Shown here: positions 45,343 to 55,749 of the stretch, one piece after another
Numbering within the stretch: the stretch's first letter is position 1
How the letters are laid out: each line of letters starts with the position of its first letter
Source of the DNA: Pedosphaera sp.
GTDB lineage: Bacteria; Verrucomicrobiota; Verrucomicrobiia; Limisphaerales; AAA164-E04
Direction of reading: 5' to 3'
Assembly: GCA_002690655.1 (NCBI GenBank)
Contig: NZFL01000034.1
Coordinates: 38,708 to 102,707 of the forward strand
Length of the DNA stretch: 64,000 bases
The notes under the pieces: generated by a model
Database searches by the model: none
Seen by the model: the letters and a program-made list of their open reading frames with translations, nothing else
Told to the model about the DNA's origin: nothing
Made by a program: the position numbers and the translations under genes

Positions 45343-48003
45343 TTGATGAAAATTTTCCATTGGTGCCACTCGATTTGGTTGTCTGCCATTGTTCTTTCGG
45401 CTGATACGTTGCCTCGTTCAGCATCGACTTTCATCGAACAGCATTGTTTCGAGTGCCATGAGGGAAGTGATGATTCCCTGAAAGGTGATGTGAATCTTGG
45501 GCAGGCTTCCTTTGATTGGTCCTCCCCTGAAATCGTGGATTTGTGGACCACGATTCATGACGTCGTGGGTTCGAGCGACATGCCCCCAAGTGATGCTGGA
45601 TCTTTCCCTGGAACACAGGAGCGCGATGAATTTTTGGCGTGGTTGAAAGAAAAGCTTACTCGGCATGCGCCCGTCGGCGGGACTTTGCCAAGACGACTCA
45701 ATCGGGTGGAATATGAAAATACCATCCGCGATTTGTTTGGTTACCCGGAATTTGAAGTGCCTCCCTCATTTCCCTCTGACACTTCCAAACACGGATTCGA
45801 TAATGTGGCGTCGGGGATGCTCCTGTCCCCCCCATTATTGGCTCAGTATCTTGAGATTGCGACTGCCATTGCGGACGAATTTCTGCCACAACCTATTTCC
45901 CTGCCCAAAGCGGAGCCTCGTGATTATTCCATTCCCATGTCTGAATTGAGTACAGATGCAGGGGGCGGAGGTAGTCAAAGGGGTAGTGTTTTCCGACTTG
46001 TTTCTTCCCGGAATATGGCGAGTGGAGCGGGCTGGACTTCTTCGTTTGAAGCGCCGGTGAGTGGCGTTTATCGTGTTCAGATTGACGCCAATACCTTCCA
46101 AAGTGACCGCATGTTTTATGATCAGAGAAAGGTGCCTTTCAAATTGGCAGTCTATGCAAGGCAGAACGGGGAACAAAAATATGCACGGTTTTCTGATCTA
46201 AGAAAAATCGGAGAATTTAAAGTTTCGGCGGAATCCTCGGAAGGAGGCTTTGGAATTCTGGAAGCAGAACTTTTTCAGGGTGAGGTGTTGGGTTTTCGAT
46301 GGGCGGATGGTCCGGTTTTTTCTGATCCCGGAAGAATTGATCTTTCCCATGATTTTATCGATGACCGTTTGTTGAATGATCGACCCTTTTACGCCGCAGC
46401 AATTCAATTGAACGGAGGAAAGCGAGGATCCTCACAGGCGGAGTTTTACGAAGCCATTCGTGATCTTATTGAAAGCGGTCAACTTGACTTAAGCAATCCT
46501 GATTTGGATAAGGCTCCAGCTATTTATGGTGGCGGGTTATTCAATGGTCCACACAATTGGTGTCAGTCTTATGCTCATGAAGAGATGTATCGCTTTGGTC
46601 CAGCATTGGATATTGTGCGAGTTTCCGTTAGTGGCCCGAGTCGCACCGTCAGTAGCCAAAGAGAGCGTGCCAGGATGGTCAGATCGAAAGCATTTTTGAA
46701 CAGGCGGTCAGATGAAGTATCGGATCTGGTATTTACTGAAAGGTTTCTCAGAGGTTTTCTCTCAAAAGCATTCAGGCGACCTGTAAGCTCATTACAGCTG
46801 GACAAATATTTAGATCTTGTCCGGGCACATCGGGAATCTTTTCCGGACAAGCGTATTGAAGATGCACTCCACCTCGCTATCAGGAAAGCCCTTCTATCGT
46901 CGCGTTTCCTGTTTCGTGAGCTTGGATCGGGTAGTTTGGATGGTTTTGAATTAGCGAGCCGATTAAGCTATTTCCTAACAAGCGCTCCTCCTGATGATCG
47001 ACTAATCTCCTTGGCGGTAAAAGGTAAATTGTCGGACCCCATGACCTTGAAAAACGAAGCGTACCGTTTGTTGCGCCTGCCCCAGCGTAGAGCTTTCGTC
47101 CGTCACTTTACTGGTCAGTGGTTGGGCACAAGAAAGCTCATGGATATCATGCCTGATCCTCGATTACTAAAGTTTTATGGCCCTGACCGTCAAGCTATGA
47201 TCAACGAAACCGAACTCTTCTTTGAGGAGATGTTGGTTGAGAATCACAGTCTGGAACATTTTATTGATCCGGGATTCAGTTTTCGAAACCAAAACCTCAA
47301 CAAGATTTACGGAGGAGAGATCACCGGAAACAAGATGCAACGTGTGACTTTTCCGAAGGGAGGGAAGCAAGGTGGGTTACTTGGTCTGGCTTCCATTATG
47401 ATGGCGACTGCAAACGGTGTGGATACGCACCCAGTGCATCGAGGGGTATGGTTGCTGGAAAATGTCCTTGGTCAACCGACGCCGCCCCCGCCAGCTGATG
47501 TTCCTTCCGTGGCTCCGGATACAAGCGGTACGATAACGATGCGTGAAAAAATGTTGGCACATCAAGCCGATGCTTCCTGTGCTCGCTGTCATACAAAAAT
47601 TGATCCGCTTGGTTTCGTGATGGAGCATTATGACCCAGTTGGACGCTGGCGTGAGTATTATCCGGTTTACACCGAGTTAGCCTCCGCGCCGTTGAAAGAA
47701 GAATTCTATGCGAGTCAGGGGGAGGGAACCCAGAAGGGAAGGCATATCGATACGATGGCAGTGATGCCTGATGGAACGGTTTTAAAAGATGTCACGGATC
47801 TCAAAGCCTATCTGGTCACCAATATTGATTTATTTGTGGAATGTCTGGCTGAAAAGTTATTGATATACGGAACCGGTCGTCCGCTGAGCTTCGGTGACCA
47901 ACGAATCGTCCATGCATTGTCGCAACAGATTACAGGCAATAAACTCGGGTTTCAGGACATGATTGTTTCCGTGATACTGAGTGATTCATTTCTTTCTCGT
48001 TAG
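45343..48003 (+). CDS. DUF1587/DUF1592/DUF1595/DUF1588/DUF1585 multi-domain protein (PSCyt3-type, CxxCH)
   Basis: FIEQHCFECHEG (CxxCH at 45445-45459), LPRRLNRVEYENTIRDLFG, HPVHRGVWLLENVLGQPTPPPPADVP, CARCHTKIDPLGF. It starts 4 nt after the DUF1552 gene. Confidence 0.85.
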   Translation: MMKIFHWCHSIWLSAIVLSADTLPRSASTFIEQHCFECHEGSDDSLKGDVNLGQASFDWSSPEIVDLWTTIHDVVGSSDMPPSDAGSFPGTQERDEFLAWLKEKLTRHAPVGGTLPRRLNRVEYENTIRDLFGYPEFEVPPSFPSDTSKHGFDNVASGMLLSPPLLAQYLEIATAIADEFLPQPISLPKAEPRDYSIPMSELSTDAGGGGSQRGSVFRLVSSRNMASGAGWTSSFEAPVSGVYRVQIDANTFQSDRMFYDQRKVPFKLAVYARQNGEQKYARFSDLRKIGEFKVSAESSEGGFGILEAELFQGEVLGFRWADGPVFSDPGRIDLSHDFIDDRLLNDRPFYAAAIQLNGGKRGSSQAEFYEAIRDLIESGQLDLSNPDLDKAPAIYGGGLFNGPHNWCQSYAHEEMYRFGPALDIVRVSVSGPSRTVSSQRERARMVRSKAFLNRRSDEVSDLVFTERFLRGFLSKAFRRPVSSLQLDKYLDLVRAHRESFPDKRIEDALHLAIRKALLSSRFLFRELGSGSLDGFELASRLSYFLTSAPPDDRLISLAVKGKLSDPMTLKNEAYRLLRLPQRRAFVRHFTGQWLGTRKLMDIMPDPRLLKFYGPDRQAMINETELFFEEMLVENHSLEHFIDPGFSFRNQNLNKIYGGEITGNKMQRVTFPKGGKQGGLLGLASIMMATANGVDTHPVHRGVWLLENVLGQPTPPPPADVPSVAPDTSGTITMREKMLAHQADASCARCHTKIDPLGFVMEHYDPVGRWREYYPVYTELASAPLKEEFYASQGEGTQKGRHIDTMAVMPDGTVLKDVTDLKAYLVTNIDLFVECLAEKLLIYGTGRPLSFGDQRIVHALSQQITGNKLGFQDMIVSVILSDSFLSR

Positions 48004-48176
48004 TATCATCCACTCTATTGCAGGTGAGGATAGGTGCTAAATCCATTTACCAAATAGATCACTTCATTGAAAAAGTCTGGATCGAGACTTCAGAACAAAT
48101 TGTCTGGTCAGGTTTTCGTGCGATAATACGTTTTTTATTTGTGGTCTGTTCATTAATCAAGAAATTTTCAATAAGG

Positions 48177-51100
48177 ATGAAACTCCTCGTTTTGAGCTTG
48201 GCATCAGGAGTGGTTTTTTTCTTCGTCGCACCCAAAAGTCTGGAGGCTCAGGATTACTCAGAAAAGAGTGAGCCCTCCATGATGAAGCATCATCAGATAG
48301 GGCACCCTGATTTTTTGAGCCCACATGCTCGCCCTATCTTGCTGCATGACGGTAACGTATTTGTGGTTAATACCCGGGAGGATACGGTTGATGTGATTCA
48401 AGTGGGCAATTTTGGCATTGTCGCACGGATTCATGTGGGGGTTGATCCTGTCGGGTTGGCCCTGAAACCGAATGGGAAGGAAATCTGGGTATCTAATCAC
48501 ATATCCGACTCGGTGAGTGTGATCGACACCGACCCGATCAGTCCTTTTTATTTGAACGTTCTGGCAACGATTCAGGATATCGATCCCAGAACAAAAGCAA
48601 CCCGTTTTGATGAGCCTGTCGGCATAGCTTTTGCCAGCAATGAAAAGGCATATGTCGCTTTGTCCGCCGAGAATCAAATTGCCGTGGTCAATGTGCTTAC
48701 CCGGCAGGTGGAGAAAAAGTTAACTATCCATGCGCAGGATCCTCGCGCCATCATGGTCCGTGAAGACCGTCTTTACGTCGTTCCTTTTGAATCAAATAAC
48801 CAGACACAGATCTCTGGTGGCACTGGTGAGCTGGATGGCAAATTGTCCACCTTTGACGCTCGAGAACATGTCCTCGATAATAACAACGTGCTTTCTATTG
48901 GAGCCGTCGTGGATATCGTGAAGCATTCCCAAATTCCTGATCGAGATTTGTTTGTTTTCGATACATCGACTGATGAACTTATTGAAACTGTGGATTCTCT
49001 TGGGACCTTGCTCTACGGAATGACCGTCAATTCCCGCGGGACTGTTTTCATCGCCCAGACCGATGCACGGAATGCGGTCAATGGTCAATCTGGCACCGCT
49101 CATCATGGTTTGGCTGAACTGGAAAACCGTGCTTTTTTGAATCAAATTACACAGATCGATTTCAAGGGCGACGCGTTCCATGCTTCCAGGTTTATCGACC
49201 TTGAACCGCTCCCCCCTGAGCATCCCGGGCCAGGGATGGCCCTCGCGACACCGTTTGCCATTCAAGTCAGCGATGATGACTCGACCTTGGTGGTTTCCGC
49301 TGCCGGATCAGACAAGGTTTTTACCCTCAATGCCTCATCGGGTGAAGTGCTTGGTCGCGTAAGCGTGGACCACGTGCCACGGGGGATTGCCCTCGATTGT
49401 TTGAAAGATGGCTCGCTCTCGGCAGCCTGGGTTCTCAATGCCGTTGCAAACACGGTATCTTATCTGGATCTCTCCGACCCCCGACACCCCAGAAATATTC
49501 GCACTGTAACATTGGAAGATTCAACAGATTCTGAATTGAAACAGGGACGGATTGCCTTCAACGACGCGGATGCGTCCAGCACGGCGACTTTCTCTTGCGA
49601 AAGCTGTCATCCTGATGGACATACAGACCAGTTACTTTGGGTTCTGGAGACTCCCATCTCAACGGGAGGGAATCAGATCGTACCCCGCACTACCATGCCT
49701 GCTCGGGGTCTTCGCGATACGGCCCCTTACCATTGGGATGGAATCCCTGGCGATCCCTATGGTGGAATCAATACCGCCAGTACCAGGAATGCTGTTGAAG
49801 CCAACAGCAACAGGAATGATCCTGCGAGCAGTACGCGTCATTTGGTTGATGGTGCCCTGGCTTCCACGATGAAAAGAGTGGGCGAAGAAATCTTGAACAA
49901 TGAAGGCAATGCGGGTGCTTTGAATGCTGACCAACGTGATGCGTTGGCAGCGTTTCTATTGACAGTTCCCTATCCACCGGCTCAGAGACGCGCCTATGAC
50001 AACATGCTTTCGTCAAAAGCTCGAAACGGATTTAGAATGTTTCATGTTGTCGGTGATAAACAGGGGAACCCAGATGTGAATGTATGCGGGAATTGCCATC
50101 GAATGCCATTCTGGGTCAGTACTAATACGAGAGGGTCAGGGATGGATGCACCGACTTGGAGAGGCGCATATGATCGCTGGATGATTCTACCTCAGGGGCG
50201 TCTGAATCTGATCGACTTTGATTTCTATGCCTCGATGGCTGACCGCGGGGTTCCTGAGCGATCCCTGTGGCGTCTTTCCTGGGGGAGTCGGCGGGAATTT
50301 GATAACGTGTGGGATATGGTGCTGGAAGGCAGTACCGGGTTTTCCGGCGCGTTTGCCCGACAGGTCACTTTGAATGAAATGGCCGTAAACGATCCAGTGT
50401 CTCTGGATTTGTTGAGAGCTCTTGAGCAGTCCTCTCGTGAGGGTGGGGTGGTTTTGCAGGGTGAAGGAGTTTGGATGCATGATGGGAATCCTGTGTCCGC
50501 TGCACTGGAATTTGACGGGCAGCATTATGCAGATAGAAACCATCCCGGGAGGAACTATGAACTCCAGCAATTAGTATCACTTGCGGCTGAGGGTGAATTC
50601 ATTGGAACCTTTACCGGACGCTTGGGACAGAATGTCGGTTTGAATTATGCGCAACCGGCGATCTGGACTTCAGGTAGGATTGAAAGGCAGCGAGGGCCTC
50701 AAGTTTTCCCTACTTTGACTCTCGATAAACTTTCGATGACGATGAGCGGACGCCATATCCTGGAAGATGCCCATGTGATCATTAACGGACGCAAAGTGCC
50801 CGGTAAGCTTCGTCTGGAGAAGGCGGAGCACAGGGGCGCCGCCAGCTTTGATCAAAAGGTGACTGTTACTTTACAATCTCTTCCTCTAGGGAAACTCGAA
50901 ACCAAACTGGTCAGTGCGGGGGTGGCAGCCCATGGGCTCGTTCCAAAAGACGGAAGTCTGGGAACAGAATGGCGTCAATTAGGTTTTGATGACTCCGATT
51001 GGTTTTTTGGGCATACAGGCTTTGGTTATGAGAAAGGAGAAGGATATGGCGACATGATTGAGACAGATCTGGAAGATGCGATGCAAGATAATACCAGTGT

Positions 51101-51521
51101 CTTCATTCGTATTCCTTTTGTCGTTGAAAATCCCTCCAGTTACGACGGCCTCGAATTCAGGATTCAGGCTGATGACGGGTTCTCCGCCTACATCAATGGT
51201 AAGCGGATAGCATCGAGGAACAGGCCTCGTCGATTGAGCTGGGACTCTCAAGCAACAGACTCAAGTGCTGAGGTTCTGGCTGATCGATTTGAAACCTATG
51301 ACTTGAGCCACCTTCTGGATTCATTGAAGCCTGGAGAGAATGTATTGGCTATTCATGGGCTGAATCGAGGTGGAATCAGTAGCGATTTTCTCATTCGCCC
51401 TGAACTGGTTGCTTCACGGCCGGCCAAAAAAAGCAATGAGGCTGGAACTGGAATGCACTTGGTTCAGCTTCAAAACCCCGATGGGCTCTTCAGTAATGAT
51501 TTCATTTTTTATGTCGAGTAG
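48177..51521 (+). CDS. Large secreted beta-propeller (YVTN-like) protein with two CxxCH motifs (cytochrome c peroxidase-like core) and a C-terminal jelly-roll-like domain
   Basis: The ATG at 48177 (aagg-a spacer; signal peptide MKLLVLSLASGVVFFFVAPKSLEAQ) is preferred over the track start 48018. Repeats of the type VDPVGLALKPNGKEIWVSNHISDSVSVIDT. FSCESCHPDGHTDQLLW...TAPYHWDG (49596-49610) and CGNCHRMPFW (50085-50099). The C-terminal roughly 200 aa read GFDDSDWFFGHTGFGY...FSAYINGKRI. Confidence 0.7.
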   Translation: MKLLVLSLASGVVFFFVAPKSLEAQDYSEKSEPSMMKHHQIGHPDFLSPHARPILLHDGNVFVVNTREDTVDVIQVGNFGIVARIHVGVDPVGLALKPNGKEIWVSNHISDSVSVIDTDPISPFYLNVLATIQDIDPRTKATRFDEPVGIAFASNEKAYVALSAENQIAVVNVLTRQVEKKLTIHAQDPRAIMVREDRLYVVPFESNNQTQISGGTGELDGKLSTFDAREHVLDNNNVLSIGAVVDIVKHSQIPDRDLFVFDTSTDELIETVDSLGTLLYGMTVNSRGTVFIAQTDARNAVNGQSGTAHHGLAELENRAFLNQITQIDFKGDAFHASRFIDLEPLPPEHPGPGMALATPFAIQVSDDDSTLVVSAAGSDKVFTLNASSGEVLGRVSVDHVPRGIALDCLKDGSLSAAWVLNAVANTVSYLDLSDPRHPRNIRTVTLEDSTDSELKQGRIAFNDADASSTATFSCESCHPDGHTDQLLWVLETPISTGGNQIVPRTTMPARGLRDTAPYHWDGIPGDPYGGINTASTRNAVEANSNRNDPASSTRHLVDGALASTMKRVGEEILNNEGNAGALNADQRDALAAFLLTVPYPPAQRRAYDNMLSSKARNGFRMFHVVGDKQGNPDVNVCGNCHRMPFWVSTNTRGSGMDAPTWRGAYDRWMILPQGRLNLIDFDFYASMADRGVPERSLWRLSWGSRREFDNVWDMVLEGSTGFSGAFARQVTLNEMAVNDPVSLDLLRALEQSSREGGVVLQGEGVWMHDGNPVSAALEFDGQHYADRNHPGRNYELQQLVSLAAEGEFIGTFTGRLGQNVGLNYAQPAIWTSGRIERQRGPQVFPTLTLDKLSMTMSGRHILEDAHVIINGRKVPGKLRLEKAEHRGAASFDQKVTVTLQSLPLGKLETKLVSAGVAAHGLVPKDGSLGTEWRQLGFDDSDWFFGHTGFGYEKGEGYGDMIETDLEDAMQDNTSVFIRIPFVVENPSSYDGLEFRIQADDGFSAYINGKRIASRNRPRRLSWDSQATDSSAEVLADRFETYDLSHLLDSLKPGENVLAIHGLNRGGISSDFLIRPELVASRPAKKSNEAGTGMHLVQLQNPDGLFSNDFIFYVE

Positions 51522-51628
51522 ACCGGGGCCTCACAGCTGTATTTGCGAACCTGCCGCTCTCAGTAACAAAGATGCTCAGATCCAAAGCAAGACCATCTGA
51601 GCGGAGGCAACCTCTTTTTTGAATTGAC

Positions 51629-52378
51629 TCAACGACGCGAGCGATTTTCGTCCTGTGATAATTCGTAGGTATAGAGGTATTTCTCTCTCTTAACCCATTT
51701 GGCGCTCCCGTCGCACATCTGGAAGTTCGTGCCATCTTCGCCGTGATTGTCGTTGGGATCTGGGTAATTATTTTGTGCTCCTGTTCCCTGACCGTCACCA
51801 TCAAATATCAAATAAATATCTGACGGACCAACCACTTGTCCCCTTAATCCCTGAGCAGAGCTCTTGTGTACCCAGCTCAGGACCGTTCGTTCAGTTTTTC
51901 TTGTTGTGTAATTCATGAACGCGTTGATCTCATAGCTAACTCCACGTAAATCTGCCTGTCGGGTTCGAGTGCCGCGCATGCGTTTATATGGAGCCTGGCG
52001 GCGTAAATCCTCCAGTATTTTTCTGCCTCGCACCGTGACTGTATTTGTAGCGATAAAGTTTTGAGTGGATGGACATACAAATATCGATTGGGCATTGGCG
52101 CTTGGGATGTAAGTTGGATGCAACCAGGACAGATCGTCACTATTGTCGTCTGGAGTGCCTGATAACCATCCTTTTTCATTGTCCTGACCATACATCATGG
52201 AGCCTAACCCCATCTGCTTGAGGTTGTTGAGGCAACTGATGCGGCGGACCTTTTCCTTGGCCTTGGAAAGCGCGGGTAAGAGCATGCCTGCCAGAATGGC
52301 GATGATAGCAATCACCACGAGTAATTCAATCAGTGTGAACGCTCCTGCGCATGCCTGGTGTTTCTTCGATAGTCTCAT
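51629..52378 (-). CDS. Prepilin-type N-terminal cleavage/methylation domain protein
   Basis: The ATG at 52378 gives [43 protein letters not shown]. The C-terminus reads [12 protein letters not shown]. The track ORF extends to 52525, but that extra N-terminus has no support. Confidence 0.85.
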   Translation of the reverse strand: MRLSKKHQACAGAFTLIELLVVIAIIAILAGMLLPALSKAKEKVRRISCLNNLKQMGLGSMMYGQDNEKGWLSGTPDDNSDDLSWLHPTYIPSANAQSIFVCPSTQNFIATNTVTVRGRKILEDLRRQAPYKRMRGTRTRQADLRGVSYEINAFMNYTTRKTERTVLSWVHKSSAQGLRGQVVGPSDIYLIFDGDGQGTGAQNNYPDPNDNHGEDGTNFQMCDGSAKWVKREKYLYTYELSQDENRSRR

Positions 52379-52820
52379 GATCAGTTGAAGATTGTTCAAA
52401 ATGATGGAGCGCGTCCATAAATTTCTAAAGTTTGGAACTCCCGGGAGCGGCGTCTTCATGAGTGTCAAAAGCATTTTTTTAGCCATGCGTTTCCAGTCTG
52501 GGTTCTGCCAAGTGACAGCACGCAAATCACACGATTAGATATTCATCTTGGAGTATGTCATTTGCCGCCCGCTGACGTTGCAGCATATGGAACGACCCTA
52601 TCAACGATTACTTTTATCATATCCAGATCAAGGGAGTTATTATTGGAACCAGCTGCCTTGACGGTGGTGACGAAGATCTTTTTTCGAATCCAAAAGGATA
52701 ATTGATAATGCTTGATTATTTGCTCGGTTCATCCACACATGCTTTCTTCGCGCTCATAGTCCTTGAAATCTTGAGTTGATTTCTTTTCAGTGTCGTGAAC
52801 GTTCGAGTGTGTTTGTTTGA

Positions 52821-55454
52821 ATGGAGCAAGTTATGCAAAAAGAGATTGCATCGTCGTTATGGAAAAAATGGGGCCCTTACCTGAGTGAGCGTCAGTGGGG
52901 CACTGTGCGAGAGGATTATAGCTCCACGGGAGAAGCATGGGACTACCTCAGCCATGACTTGGCGCGCAGTAGGGCCTACAGATGGGGTGAGGATGGAATC
53001 GCTGGTTTCAGTGATGATCGACAATCGTTGTGTCTGGGGGTTGGTTTGTGGAATCACAAGGATCCAATACTCAAAGAACGCATGTTTGGCCTGACTGGTG
53101 TCGAAGGCAATCACAGTGAAGATGTCAAAGAGGTGTATTATTATCTTGATGCCACTCCATCGCATGATTACCTCAAGATGCTTTATAAATATCCTCAGAC
53201 TGCTTTTCCCTATCAACAGCTCGTGGATGGTAATCGAACTGGCAAAGAAAGCCCCGAGTATGAGTTGGTGGATACCGGGGTCTTCAAAGAGGATCGATAC
53301 TTTGACGTTTTTATCGAATATGCTCGACCCCGGCCTGATGATACTTTGATTGAAGCAACGATTGTCAATCATGGGCCCGAGCCTGCTGCTCTGACATTTC
53401 TTCAGCAGCTTTGGTTCCGTAATACATGGTCCTGGGGGAACAATGATCAAGCCAAACCCCGCATGCAAGGAGTGGATTCCATCGGTCTTGAGATTCATCA
53501 TGAAGCGCTCGGTCATCTTTATTTCCATGCTGAAAATCCAGATGACCTAATCTTCACGGACAATGAATCACGTCCAGAACACAGATTGGGTTCGAAGCCT
53601 CAAGGTTATTGGAAGGATGCGTTTCACGAATACCTTGTTCACGGTAACTCCAAGGCGATCAATCCCAATGGGCAGGGTACTAAATGCGCCGCGCTGCATC
53701 GTTTGAAGTTAGAAGCTGGAGAAACCAGAAAATTAAGGTTTCGTCTGACCTCACAAAAAGCGATCAAGCCATTTGAAGGATTTGATGAAACATTTCAGCA
53801 GATCAGGAATTCGGCGGATCGTTTTTACGGCCACCTTCAAGAAAATATCGAAAGCCCTGATGAACGGTTAATCCAGAGGCAAGCTTTTGCAGGTTTGATC
53901 TGGAGTAAACAGTTTTATTATTACGACGTTGAAAAGTGGATTGCTGGGGATCCGGGGCAGCCAGCTCCCTCAGCTTCACGACACCATGGACGCAATCATG
54001 AATGGCTTCATTTAAAAAATGCCGACATCATTTCCATGCCGGATAAGTGGGAATATCCCTGGTATGCCGCCTGGGATTTAGCTTTCCATTGTGTTCCTTT
54101 CGCTCTGATCGATACCGAATTTGCCAAGGAGCAAATGCTATTAATGCTTCAGGAATCATACCTCCATCCTAATGGGCAAATTCCCGCCTACGAGTGGTCT
54201 TTTGGAGATGTAAATCCGCCTGTTCATGCTTGGGGTGCATGGCGTGTCTACCAGATGGACCGTAAACGCAACGGATTTGCAGACCGTTGTTTTCTCGAAC
54301 AAGTCTTTCATAAACTGCTCCTGAATTTTACATGGTGGGTGAACCGCAAGGACGTGGACAATCGAAATGTCTTTCAGGGTGGTTTTCTTGGACTGGATAA
54401 CATTGGGGTCTTTGATCGAAGCATTCCAGTTCCCGGAGGTGGGCAGTTGGATCAGGCAGATGGTACTGCGTGGATGGCGATGTATTCACTCAATATGATG
54501 CGCATAGCACTGGAGCTTTCACTGCAGAATCCGGTCTATCAAGAAATCGCCATCAAGTTTTTAAATCACTTCCTGGCCATCGCAAAAGCCATGACCAATA
54601 TTGGTGAGTCGGGCATTAGTTTGTGGGATGAAGAGGATAAGTTCTTCTATGATGTTTTACACTTTCCTGAAGAAAAACCGATTCACGTCAAAGTACGTTC
54701 CATTGTGGGACTGATTCCCATATTCGCGGTGGAAGTGCTCGAACCGGAATTGCTTGAAAGGGTGCCGAGGTTCAACGAACACCTTGACTGGATACTTGAG
54801 AACCGACCGGAATTGGCCTCGCTTGTTTCGCGTTGGAACGAACCTGGCAGAGGACATCGTCATTTGTTTTCCCTCTTACGTGGAAGTCGGCTCAAATGTT
54901 TATTGCGGCGGATGCTGGACGAAGATGAGTTCCTTTCCTCATACGGTATCAGGTCAATGTCCAAAATACATGAGAAACATCCATATGTCTTGCACTGTGA
55001 GGGGAAAACGAAGCATTGCAATGGTTCTTCAAAAGTGGATTATCAACCGGCTGAATCCAATACCCATATGTTTGGCGGTAATTCAAATTGGCGTGGTCCC
55101 ATCTGGTTTCCTGTCAATTTCCTGCTTATTGAATCTCTCCAACGCTTTCACCACTATTACGGAAGCGATTTTAAAGTCGAATCGCCTTTTACCTCGGGTC
55201 AAAAACTCACTCTTGAAGATGTTGCTGAGGATATTTCCAATCGTCTCGGAGATCTTTTCCGCAGGGACGATCAAGGGCATCGTCCTATTTACAAGCATCA
55301 TCCCGATATTCAGTTGAATCCACAATTCAAAGATTGCATCTGGTTTTATGAATACTTTCACGGTGACAGCGGGCGTGGCGTAGGAGCATGTCATCAAACG
55401 GGTTGGACAGCGCTTATTGCCAAATTGCTCCACCCCAGAGTCAAAGAGAACTGA
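52821..55454 (+). CDS. GH63-like (alpha/alpha)6-barrel glycoside hydrolase (glucosidase / MGH1-like)
   Basis: 877 aa, cytoplasmic (no signal peptide). Motifs: YRWGEDGIAGFSD, KWEYPWYAAWDLAFH, GQIPAYEWSFGDVNPPVHAW, WRGPIWFPVNFLLIESL, YFHGDSGRGVGACHQTGWT. Family assignment is by motif memory. Confidence 0.65.
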   Translation: MEQVMQKEIASSLWKKWGPYLSERQWGTVREDYSSTGEAWDYLSHDLARSRAYRWGEDGIAGFSDDRQSLCLGVGLWNHKDPILKERMFGLTGVEGNHSEDVKEVYYYLDATPSHDYLKMLYKYPQTAFPYQQLVDGNRTGKESPEYELVDTGVFKEDRYFDVFIEYARPRPDDTLIEATIVNHGPEPAALTFLQQLWFRNTWSWGNNDQAKPRMQGVDSIGLEIHHEALGHLYFHAENPDDLIFTDNESRPEHRLGSKPQGYWKDAFHEYLVHGNSKAINPNGQGTKCAALHRLKLEAGETRKLRFRLTSQKAIKPFEGFDETFQQIRNSADRFYGHLQENIESPDERLIQRQAFAGLIWSKQFYYYDVEKWIAGDPGQPAPSASRHHGRNHEWLHLKNADIISMPDKWEYPWYAAWDLAFHCVPFALIDTEFAKEQMLLMLQESYLHPNGQIPAYEWSFGDVNPPVHAWGAWRVYQMDRKRNGFADRCFLEQVFHKLLLNFTWWVNRKDVDNRNVFQGGFLGLDNIGVFDRSIPVPGGGQLDQADGTAWMAMYSLNMMRIALELSLQNPVYQEIAIKFLNHFLAIAKAMTNIGESGISLWDEEDKFFYDVLHFPEEKPIHVKVRSIVGLIPIFAVEVLEPELLERVPRFNEHLDWILENRPELASLVSRWNEPGRGHRHLFSLLRGSRLKCLLRRMLDEDEFLSSYGIRSMSKIHEKHPYVLHCEGKTKHCNGSSKVDYQPAESNTHMFGGNSNWRGPIWFPVNFLLIESLQRFHHYYGSDFKVESPFTSGQKLTLEDVAEDISNRLGDLFRRDDQGHRPIYKHHPDIQLNPQFKDCIWFYEYFHGDSGRGVGACHQTGWTALIAKLLHPRVKEN

Positions 55455-55749
55455 CTTGAAATGGGCTTTTGGAGTTTTCCCTGCGGACTATTTCTAACAT
55501 TGAAATGATCTGGACAGAGCTGGCACGTAATCCTCCAAAAATTGAATGTCCTTAGGTGTTTATCCAGTTCACTAACGATTGCTGTTGGGTGTGGAATTAT
55601 CATTAATCATGCACCTAAAGCGCTTTCCGCGGTGCTTCTATATCCATATTGCTTTGTAATACTGACTTTGCTTTTTGTATGAAGCCGTCTATGATCGATA
55701 TCATGTTGAGCAGGGATTCCTGCGGTATATTGGGCTTCTCGAAAGTAGT

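Noticed and set aside
52857-53528. Long antisense ORFs inside well-supported genes: 52857..53528(-) in the GH63-like gene, 60573..61196(-) in the EssC-like gene, 48792..49265(-) and 48258..48677(-) in the propeller gene, and 27726..28226(+) and 27234..27644(+) opposite mutL.
   Set aside because: Their translations have no recognisable motifs and odd composition. Each lies fully within a sense-strand gene that has strong family signatures.
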